The notes beneath the pieces were generated by a model that saw nothing but the letters and a program-made list of their open reading frames with translations, had not been told where the DNA came from and did not search any database. A stretch of 64,000 nt of DNA from an uncultured delta proteobacterium (GTDB lineage: Bacteria; Myxococcota_A; Polyangia; Polyangiales; Polyangiaceae), in contig CAVOKF010000005.1 of NCBI GenBank assembly GCA_963696385.1, positions 768,001-832,000 on the forward strand, read 5' to 3'. The position numbers and the translations under genes are program-made. Of the stretch, positions 56,780-64,000 are shown one piece after another. Position 1 is the stretch's first letter, and each line of letters opens with the position of its first letter.

Positions 56780-57916
56780 ATGGCATCGACTCGACGGTTT
56801 CGATCGCCGCACGCCCGCATCGGCCGTTTCACGAAGGGACCGCCGCGGCTTGCGGTCGGCGCGATCTTCTTCGCCATGGGATCGATGGCCCGTGCCGATC
56901 CCAGCCCGGATCTGGCGCCCGGCGAGCACGAAACCGTCCTGCCCCGTCTGGTGACCCTGGGCGGCAGGCTGGGCGCCGTGCCGGGTCGGTCGCCGGACGC
57001 GACCTATCCGCGCGGGACGATTTTCATTGGGTGGTCGCCGGATCGGCAGGGCGCGGCCCTGGCGGAATGGGACGTCGATCGCGCGCATCTGTTGCGACAA
57101 CGATCGTTTGGCTGGCAGGGCGGGGACGTGAAGGTGGCCCGTTCGGGTAACCGCGTCGCGATCGTCGCCAACACGTTGGCGCGGGCGCGCGTCAAGCTCG
57201 CCGTCGTGGACGCCACCGATTGGCGTCTGGTGGCGTCGAACGATCTCGGAGTCGCCACGTTCGCCGCCGTCGCGATGAGCGGATCGCTCGTCGCCGTGTG
57301 GCACGACGCAGCGCCGTACCCGCTCGTGGCGAGGCTGAACCTGTTGCAGGTCGATCTCCTGGATCTCGCGGGACATGTTCTCGGAACGCTGTCGGTTCCG
57401 TGGACGGGAGCGCTCGAGTGGCCGGGGCCGTGGGTGGCCGTCATTGGAGATCGCGCCTACGTCGTGGTCCCGGGAACGCCTTCGGGCTCGATCGCGATGG
57501 TGGGTCCCGATGGGAATATCCTCAAGCGATTCGCGCTAACCACCGAAATGGCGGCGATCAGCGCTCACAACGAACGACTCGAGGTCGGGGCCGGTCCGGT
57601 CCTCGAGGAGCTATCGCCCGAGTTCGAGGTCCTCGATCGGCGCCGCTCCAAGGTCGACGTGCTAAAGCCCGTCGTCGGGCAGGATGGACGGATTGTCGGA
57701 TGCGGCCGTGTGTTGTCGGCCGCGCTCACGGTCCAGGCCGTCTTGCGCGGCCATGCGACCCGATGGTGTCACGACGCGCTGTGGTCGGGCGGCACGGCCG
57801 TGGTGATTGGCTCGGCCGAAGTCCCTTCGAGTTGGGCCTGGGTGTCCTGGTTTGACCCAGGCGAAGCCGATCGGACAACGCCCGCGGAACCCGGATGGTC
57901 GTTGCCGGATCTCTAG
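56780..57916 (+). CDS. Hypothetical secreted beta-rich (propeller-like) protein
   Basis: Hydrophobic stretch ending ARA-DP, followed by repeated short beta-strand patterns. Start uncertain (56741 or 56780). Confidence 0.6.
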   Translation: MASTRRFRSPHARIGRFTKGPPRLAVGAIFFAMGSMARADPSPDLAPGEHETVLPRLVTLGGRLGAVPGRSPDATYPRGTIFIGWSPDRQGAALAEWDVDRAHLLRQRSFGWQGGDVKVARSGNRVAIVANTLARARVKLAVVDATDWRLVASNDLGVATFAAVAMSGSLVAVWHDAAPYPLVARLNLLQVDLLDLAGHVLGTLSVPWTGALEWPGPWVAVIGDRAYVVVPGTPSGSIAMVGPDGNILKRFALTTEMAAISAHNERLEVGAGPVLEELSPEFEVLDRRRSKVDVLKPVVGQDGRIVGCGRVLSAALTVQAVLRGHATRWCHDALWSGGTAVVIGSAEVPSSWAWVSWFDPGEADRTTPAEPGWSLPDL

Positions 57917-57924
57917 GCTGAAGG

Positions 57925-57949
57925 CGGGGCGGGGCGGGGCGGGGCGGGG
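57925..57949 (+). repeat. (CGGGG)5 pentanucleotide repeat, G-quadruplex-competent
   Basis: Five G4 runs separated by single C; enclosed by CTAGGCTGAA / TTCAGTCTAG. Confidence 0.9.
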
Positions 57950-58130
57950 AAATTCAGTCTAGGCCCTCCGGGATCGCGATTGCGCTCCCCCGCGAGTGTG
58001 CGCGGTGCCGGAGAGCGGGCCCCGGCAACCAGCTCGTGCCTTACCCGATCCGATCGCCCGCATCGGCCGTCCGCCGTGTCCGTCTACGGCGCCTCGACCG
58101 CCGGCCCTCGCGCGCGATACGCTCGGCCGA

Positions 58131-58607
58131 GTGCCGGACGAGTCGAGCGGAGAGACGACCAAGCAGAGGGTGGATCGCGAGCTCAACGAGCTGCTCGGTG
58201 AGCTGCGAGTCGCGCTGCCCGGCGTCCAGATGCTCTTCGCATTCCTGCTGACGGTCCCGTTTTACGCGCGCTTCGAGACGTTCCGGGGCCTCTCTCGCGC
58301 CGTTTTCTTCGCGACGTTCATGTGCACGACCGTCGCCGCCGTGTTCATGATCGCGCCGTCTTCGAACCACCGGCTGTCGTTTCGCGCACGCGACAAGGAA
58401 GAGCTGCTCTTGCGAGCCAATCGTTTTGCGATCGTGGGCATAGCCCATCTCGCGTTGGCGATGTGCGGGGTGGTGTTTTTCATTGCCGCCATGGTCGTGG
58501 GCATGGAGTGGGCGCCGGCGGCGGCCGCGGCCACCGCTGTGCTGATCGGCGGCACGTGGTACGTGTGGCCCTTCGTCCGCAAGATCGAGGGCCGCGCACG
58601 GGCTTGA
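58131..58607 (+). CDS. DUF6328-family membrane protein
   Basis: RELNELLGELRVALPGVQMLFAFLLTVPF, recalled as the DUF6328 signature; four TM segments. Confidence 0.8.
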   Translation: MPDESSGETTKQRVDRELNELLGELRVALPGVQMLFAFLLTVPFYARFETFRGLSRAVFFATFMCTTVAAVFMIAPSSNHRLSFRARDKEELLLRANRFAIVGIAHLALAMCGVVFFIAAMVVGMEWAPAAAAATAVLIGGTWYVWPFVRKIEGRARA

Positions 58608-58622
58608 GGGGTCCCCGGGAGT

Positions 58623-60503
58623 TCAGCGATCGCCGCCCGAGACAGCATCGACGACGCGCGTGCTCGTTGCCTGCAGCGAAGGGGGATCCTCATTCGCGGA
58701 GGCGATCTCACGGCCGTCCTCGACGAGAAAGCCGCCCACCTGGCGGCTCCACAAAGTGGCGTACACCCCGCCCCGGGCCACCAGATCGCGGTGACTGCCG
58801 TCTTCTACGACATGCCCCTTGTCGAGCACGAGCAAGCGGTCGAGATGGGCCAGCGTCGATAGCCGGTGCGCGATCGCAATCACCGTCTTGCCCGTCATGG
58901 CCTCGGCCATGGCCGCCTGGATGAGCGCTTCGGATTCGCTGTCCAGCGCAGACGTGGCTTCGTCGAGAATCAGGATCGGGGCGTCCTTGAGCAGCGCCCT
59001 GGCGATGGCGATGCGCTGTCGTTGGCCGCCCGAGAGCTTCACGCCGCGCTCGCCGACGAGCATTTCATAGCCCATCGGCAGGGCCATGATGAAATCGTGG
59101 GCATGAGCGCGCCTCGCCGCCACCATCACCTCGGCGTCGGTCGCTTCGGGCCGGCCGTAACGAATGTTTTCCATGAGCGTGCGGTGAAAGAGGACCGCAT
59201 CCTGCGGAATGAAGCCGATGGACCGCCTGAGGCTCTGCTGCGTCACCTGGGCGATGTTTTGGCCGTCGATGGCGATCGCCCCACTTTGGATGTCGTAGAG
59301 GCGCATGAGCAACGTGGCGAGCGTGCTCTTGCCCGCCCCGGAGTGGCCGATCAAGCCGACGCGCTGTCCGCCCGCGATCGTGAGATTCAACCCGCGGAAT
59401 ACCGGCACCGCACGATCGTAGAGAAAGTGCACCTTCTCGAACGAGACCGATCCGCTCGAGACCTTCAAATCGGTCGCGCCCGGGCGATCGCGAATGTCTC
59501 GTGGCACGATCAGCATGTCGAGCGAATCGCGGATGCTGCCTATCATGTCGTACGTATCTGGCAGGGCATTGGCCATATCGAACACGTTGCGAATCAGCTG
59601 GATCATGAGCGTCATGACCAACAAGAAATCGCCGACGGTGATGGTCGCCCGAACGAGAGCGTCGAGGGCGAGCGGCAGGAGTGCGGCGTAGATCACGACG
59701 TTGAGCGACTGCGCGGCCAACCGCATCTGCACGAATGCGCGGTACTGCGCTCGCTGGGCTTCAAAGGTCTCCGCCACGGAATGACCGACGATGCAGTCTT
59801 CTCTCTCGTGCGCTCCGAAGAAGATCACGTTCTTGATGTTCGTGATCGAATCGACGATTCGCCCCGTGAGTTGCGCCTTCGCTTCGCTGTGCACGGCGCC
59901 GAAGGCCGCGATCCGGCGGCCCATGGCGCCGGTCACGCCGATGTACACGGCGAGCCAGGCGAGCAAGACGAACGCGAAGAACGGCTTGGCGCGGAAAAAG
60001 AGCACCAGGAGCAGCGCGCACTGCACGATGAGCGGCAGGTAGTCCCAATTCGCTCGCTCGAAGAGCGTCACGGTCTGTTCCGGCAAGAGCATCGCGCGGT
60101 GCGCCACCTTGCCGGTCAGCATGTTGTCGAAATACGTAGGGCTGTGCCGTTGCACATACCGGAACACCAGCTGCCGAGCTCGTGCCAGCACCGGAATGCG
60201 ACTCCGGTACGAGCAGAGCCAGGCTACCCATTCGGCGAGGATCGTGAGCGCAAGGACCACGAAGAAGCCGAGCAGAGGGCGCAGCAGATCGTCTCGCGCC
60301 CGGGCCGCATGCAGGTCGATTCGGGTCGCGGTGTCGATGATGCGCTTGGTGGCGTAAAACTGGAGGACCGAGAGCGCTCGAAGCGAGAACGAGGCGACCA
60401 TCATGAGGATGACCGTGCCCCGGTAGGGACGCGCGAAAAGCCAAAATAAACGAACGATCGACCGAGGCAGTGTCTCGGGGACCTCGGTTGTGAGGGGCTT
60501 CAC
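58623..60503 (-). CDS. ABC exporter, fused permease and ATPase (MdlB/MsbA-like)
   Basis: TM domain followed by GHSGAGKS, LSGGQRQR, LDEATSALD and IAHRLST. Confidence 0.94.
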   Translation of the reverse strand: MKPLTTEVPETLPRSIVRLFWLFARPYRGTVILMMVASFSLRALSVLQFYATKRIIDTATRIDLHAARARDDLLRPLLGFFVVLALTILAEWVAWLCSYRSRIPVLARARQLVFRYVQRHSPTYFDNMLTGKVAHRAMLLPEQTVTLFERANWDYLPLIVQCALLLVLFFRAKPFFAFVLLAWLAVYIGVTGAMGRRIAAFGAVHSEAKAQLTGRIVDSITNIKNVIFFGAHEREDCIVGHSVAETFEAQRAQYRAFVQMRLAAQSLNVVIYAALLPLALDALVRATITVGDFLLVMTLMIQLIRNVFDMANALPDTYDMIGSIRDSLDMLIVPRDIRDRPGATDLKVSSGSVSFEKVHFLYDRAVPVFRGLNLTIAGGQRVGLIGHSGAGKSTLATLLMRLYDIQSGAIAIDGQNIAQVTQQSLRRSIGFIPQDAVLFHRTLMENIRYGRPEATDAEVMVAARRAHAHDFIMALPMGYEMLVGERGVKLSGGQRQRIAIARALLKDAPILILDEATSALDSESEALIQAAMAEAMTGKTVIAIAHRLSTLAHLDRLLVLDKGHVVEDGSHRDLVARGGVYATLWSRQVGGFLVEDGREIASANEDPPSLQATSTRVVDAVSGGDR

Positions 60504-60790
60504 GATGCGCGCACGGTGTCGAAAAGGATGGCCACGAGCTTCGACACGTCGCCCTGGAAATGGCTCGATGGGCGCCTAAATCCTACCCCACGAGTCGCGT
60601 GCAATTTAGTCGGAACCGCTTGTTTGGTTCAAGCCAAGGCAACAACGTTACCGCGTTTCGAGCGGAGCCGAGAGGGCGACTTGCCCCCGCGCCGAGCGCG
60701 AAGGCAAAGGGTCGGTTGAGCCGAGGCTGAGGGGGCGCTCTCACCCTGGAACCGGATCGTCGTGTCGCGTACCCTTCGTTGGACCCTCCC

Positions 60791-61180
60791 ATGACTCGGT
60801 TCACTTTCCAGGGCATCGATCATGTGCAGCTCGCCGCTCCGCCCGACTGCGAGACCGAGGCGCGCGGTTTTTTCGGCGAGCTGCTGGGCCTCCCCGAGGT
60901 ACCCAAGCCCCCCGCATTGGCCGTGCGAGGGGGCGCATGGTTTCAGTGTGGCGCGCAACAGATCCACGTCGGAGTCGAGAAAGACTTTCGCGCTGCGAAG
61001 AAGGCTCACCCCGCCTTGCGCCTCTTGGACGAAACTTCGTTCCATGCGCTGTGGCAACGGCTGAAGCAGGCTGGGGTTCCGCTTCGCGAGGACGATGAGA
61101 TCGGAGACTCGCTGCGGTTCTTCGCCGATGATCCGTGGGGCAACCGACTGGAATTCGTCGCAGCGAAAACCATTGGGTAA
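60791..61180 (+). CDS. VOC/glyoxalase family protein
   Basis: Motifs IDHVQLA, GGAWF, KKAHPAL and DPWGNRLEF. Confidence 0.92.
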   Translation: MTRFTFQGIDHVQLAAPPDCETEARGFFGELLGLPEVPKPPALAVRGGAWFQCGAQQIHVGVEKDFRAAKKAHPALRLLDETSFHALWQRLKQAGVPLREDDEIGDSLRFFADDPWGNRLEFVAAKTIG

Positions 61181-61201
61181 ATGGAGCGGTCAACGCGCTA
61201 A

Positions 61202-61301
61202 GGCGTCGTCCGTAAATCATGGAACGGATTGGCGCGGGCCGATGGGCGTTTCCGCGATACGGGAGAGCGCGATACCAGGTCCGCAATTCATGGACGGCGC
61301 C
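61202..61301. mobile_element. 100-bp MITE-like element with 16-bp imperfect TIRs and TAA direct repeats
   Basis: TAA(61199-61201)-GGCGTCGTCCGTAAAT ... ATTCATGGACGGCGCC-TAA(61302-61304); the TIRs match at 13 of 16 positions. Confidence 0.65.
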
Positions 61302-61352
61302 TAAAGTGCCGGATCGGCGTTGGAGGTCGGGGTCGGTCCCGTCAACTTGGGG

Positions 61353-61892
61353 CTATGCCCTCTTCCACGGTCGGTCGGTCACGCGACCCGGGCCCGTCGC
61401 CTCGCCTTCGGGAAACCGCGCCGCAAGGTCGGCGCAGATGCGTTCGAGCTCGATCCGGTCCTCCTCGGTGAACGCCGCCGGCTGGTCGGAGTCCACGTCG
61501 AGAACGGCAAGCAGCGAACCCCCAGGCGACACGACCGGGACGACGATCTCGGAACGCGTGGCGCTCGAGCATGCGATGTGACCGGGAAAGGTCGCCACGT
61601 CGTCCACCCGTTGGGTGCGAAGTGTGCGCGCCGCCGCTCCGCAGACGCCTCGCGAAAAGGGGATCCGAAGGCAACCGTGTCCACCTTGGTAGGGCCCAAC
61701 GATGAGAAGGCCCGGCTGCGCGACGCGGTAGAAGCCGGTCCAGTCGAAGGCGTCGAACGCCGCGTGGAGCTCGCACGCGATCGTGGCCAGCGCGGCGATC
61801 CAGTCGTCCTCGCCATCGAGCAGATGGGCGAGCCGGTCCCGCACGTGCGCGTATCGCTCTCGACCGGCGGTCGGCTCGCCCGGGACCCTCAC
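61353..61892 (-). CDS. msrC: GAF-domain free methionine-R-sulfoxide reductase (MsrC-like)
   Basis: WTGFY, VGPYQGGHGCLRIPFSRGVCG, GHIACSSATRSEIVVP and LDVDS with conserved Cys residues. Start uncertain. Confidence 0.85.
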   Translation of the reverse strand: MRVPGEPTAGRERYAHVRDRLAHLLDGEDDWIAALATIACELHAAFDAFDWTGFYRVAQPGLLIVGPYQGGHGCLRIPFSRGVCGAAARTLRTQRVDDVATFPGHIACSSATRSEIVVPVVSPGGSLLAVLDVDSDQPAAFTEEDRIELERICADLAARFPEGEATGPGRVTDRPWKRA

Positions 61893-62072
61893 GCACCCGA
61901 ACAATAGCGGCGTCCGTGCGGATGCGCTCTCCGGGTCATCGCCGTCCCCCGTGGCCAAGCGGGGCCGCCTTGATCGCGGATGCGGCGTACGAGCGCATAC
62001 GGCAAATCGGCCTCGGCTTCACGGCCGCCGAGGAGAGCTCTCCCGTGACACACCCGCCGTCGACATCCGGAC

Positions 62073-64000
62073 CTACCCTGGCGACGCATCGTCGGGGCCG
62101 CGGAGCCGGGGAGGCGAGCGAGTGTCTCGAGCGGGAGGCGAACCCAGCCGGACGCGAACCTCGCGCGTGCCCGTGGCAGCCGGATCCACAACAATTCGGT
62201 TCGAATCGAGTCTCGTGCCGTCCAGCGTCATCGCAGCGACGCCCGTCGCCACGCGGTCGGGATTTTCGAAGACGAGGTGAATCGTTTGCGCCCCGAGGCG
62301 AACCCAGGCTTCAAACCCCTCCCAGCTCGGGGGAATGCACGGATCAATCCGTAGCTGACCGTCCTCCTTCCGGAGGCCGAGAATCGCCTCGATGCCGAGT
62401 CGCCACATCCACGCCGCAGCCCCCGTATACCACGTCCAGCCACCACGCCCGACCCATGGGGGACAGCTGTAGACATCGCCGGCGAGTGCATACGGCTCGA
62501 CTCGATAGCGCACGGCGTCCTCGTTCGTGCGAACGCGCAGGACCGGATTGAGCAGGCGAAAGATCCGCTCGGCGCATTCCCCGTCGCCCAGGGCCGCGTG
62601 GGCGAAGCCGAGCCACGTCGCGGCGTGCGTGTACTGCCCTCCGTTTTCCCGAACCCCACGCGGGTAGGCGCGAACGTATCCCGGGTCGTGCAGAGTGCTG
62701 TTGTAGGGCGGCCAAAAGAGCAGCACGAGCCGATCGGCGTCGCGTACGAGCTGCTCGTCGGTCGCGCGCATCGCTGTGCGCGCCCGGGTCCCCTGGCCGT
62801 CGCTTCGACTCGAAAGGACCGCCCAGGACTGGGCGATCGAGTCGATACGGCACTCGCGGCTTTTGGCCGAGCCGACGAGCGAACCGTCGTCGTGGAACGC
62901 TCGAAGATACCAGCCGCCGTCCCATGCGACGTTTCGCAGCCTCGTCCGCAACGATTCGGCCCGCGGCGTCCATTTCAAGGCCTCGACCGTGTCGTTTCTG
63001 CGCATGGCCAGGGCGGCAAAGCAATCCATCGTGTCGCACAAGAACCAGCCGAGCCAGACGCTCTCGCCACGCCCCTCCGCGCCCACGCGGTTCAGTCCGT
63101 CGTTCCAATCGCCGTCTCCCATCAGCGGCAACCCGTGGACCCCTTCGGTCAAGGCGCGTTCGAGCGCCCTTCGGCAGTGCTCGAAGAGCGGCGCCGTGGA
63201 CGCCAACGTTCCGAATTCGGCGTATCGGTCGTGCTCGGACGGCAGCAAAGGTGCTCCCTCGAGGAACGGAACGGGCTCTTCGAGGATCGCCGTGTCTCCC
63301 GTGACCGAGACGTATTCGCTCGTGACATAGGCAAGCCACGCCATGTCATCGGAGCACCGTGTGCGGACACCGCGACCGGAAGGGGGGTGCCACCAATGAA
63401 GAACGTCGCCTTGCTCGAACTGGTGCTTGGCCGCCTCCAAGATGTGCGCGCGCGCGATTGCCGGAGCGCCGTGCAGCAGGGCAAGAACATCCTGAAGCTG
63501 GTCCCGATACCCGAATGCGCCGCTCGACTGGTAGAAGCCCGTGCGCCCGAACACACGCGAAGACAAGCTCTGGTAGAGTAGCCACCGGTTGAGCATCAGG
63601 TCCATCGACGGCTCCGGCGTTTTGACGCGGATGCTTCCGAGAATGCCGTCCCAGAACGAGCGCAATTCGTTCCACGCCGTATCGACCGCGGCCGCTTCGC
63701 GAAAGCGGGCCACGAGGTCCAGCGCGTCGGGGCGAGTCGACGATTGCCCGAGGATGAAATGCGTTTCCATCTCCTCGCCCGAACCCAGATCGATGTGCAC
63801 CTGAAGCGCCGCGCACGGATCGTCGCCCAGATCGGTGCGCCCGGAGAGCCCCCAACGCTCGAGCGCTTCGGGACGCGCCGCATCGCCGCGTCGCCCCAGA
63901 AACTCACCGCGATCGGCCGTAAACCCGTGTGCCGGCTTCTGCGACGCCAGGAACGCGACGCGTCCGCCAAACTCCGCGTTCCAGTGGCATGTGGCCAGTA
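62073..64000 (-). CDS. GH94 glycosyl hydrolase/phosphorylase domain, probable 3' end of cyclic beta-1,2-glucan synthase (NdvB/ChvB-like); 5' end outside the window
   Basis: Motifs FYQSSGAFGYRDQLQD, HWWHPP, GDWNDG, GESVWLGWF, RENGGQYTHAA and GRGGWTWYTG. The frame stays open to 64000 (FTADRGEFLGR, DPCAALQ). Confidence 0.9.
   Translation of the reverse strand, partial: LATCHWNAEFGGRVAFLASQKPAHGFTADRGEFLGRRGDAARPEALERWGLSGRTDLGDDPCAALQVHIDLGSGEEMETHFILGQSSTRPDALDLVARFREAAAVDTAWNELRSFWDGILGSIRVKTPEPSMDLMLNRWLLYQSLSSRVFGRTGFYQSSGAFGYRDQLQDVLALLHGAPAIARAHILEAAKHQFEQGDVLHWWHPPSGRGVRTRCSDDMAWLAYVTSEYVSVTGDTAILEEPVPFLEGAPLLPSEHDRYAEFGTLASTAPLFEHCRRALERALTEGVHGLPLMGDGDWNDGLNRVGAEGRGESVWLGWFLCDTMDCFAALAMRRNDTVEALKWTPRAESLRTRLRNVAWDGGWYLRAFHDDGSLVGSAKSRECRIDSIAQSWAVLSSRSDGQGTRARTAMRATDEQLVRDADRLVLLFWPPYNSTLHDPGYVRAYPRGVRENGGQYTHAATWLGFAHAALGDGECAERIFRLLNPVLRVRTNEDAVRYRVEPYALAGDVYSCPPWVGRGGWTWYTGAAAWMWRLGIEAILGLRKEDGQLRIDPCIPPSWEGFEAWVRLGAQTIHLVFENPDRVATGVAAMTLDGTRLDSNRIVVDPAATGTREVRVRLGSPPARDTRSPPRLRGPDDASPG

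Noticed and set aside
692..59491. Frequent GCGATCGC (HIP1-like) octamers, e.g. 692, 763, 20322, 22075, 23406, 32467, 33787, 34036, 35777, 50640, 51720, 58626, 58870, 59272, 59484
   Set aside because: Largely explainable by Ala-Ile-Ala codons (GCG ATC GCN) and general ATCG/CGAT bias; enrichment cannot be claimed without a codon-aware null model.

Overview
GC-rich bacterial chromosome segment. The gene set and style point to Myxococcota, probably Polyangiaceae: a Ser/Thr kinase, PEGA/TPR proteins, HEAT-cyclophilin, Gly-rich and Asp/Ala/Gly-repeat lipoproteins, and an RpoH-like sigma factor. This assignment is inference only. The window holds about 52 CDS, mostly housekeeping or envelope genes (priA 5' end, mfd, purB, coaX, proC, rseP, lytic transglycosylase, PBP, VanY-like peptidase, Ugp-like ABC importer, GH94/NdvB 3' end). 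No rRNA, tRNA, CRISPR array, transposase or integrase was recognised. The main signal not explained by the ORFs is a set of non-coding, inverted-repeat-bounded elements. One is a 164-bp multi-hairpin GTAC-ended element present twice in opposite orientation (4381-4544 and 52028-52191). Another is a 100-bp MITE-like element with a TAA target duplication (61202-61301). A third is a CTAG-bounded stem enclosing (CGGGG)5 (57913-57962). Notable coding features are an orphan type III Mod-like methyltransferase, a CPA2 antiporter-PTS EIIA fusion, a thioredoxin-rhodanese fusion, a LicC-like cytidylyltransferase coupled to a Ugp-like importer opposite a metallophosphoesterase, and two paralogous Gly-rich lipoproteins. 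Two +1 frameshifts (mfd and the second Gly-rich gene) may be sequencing errors. All calls are by eye from motifs; no database searches were run.
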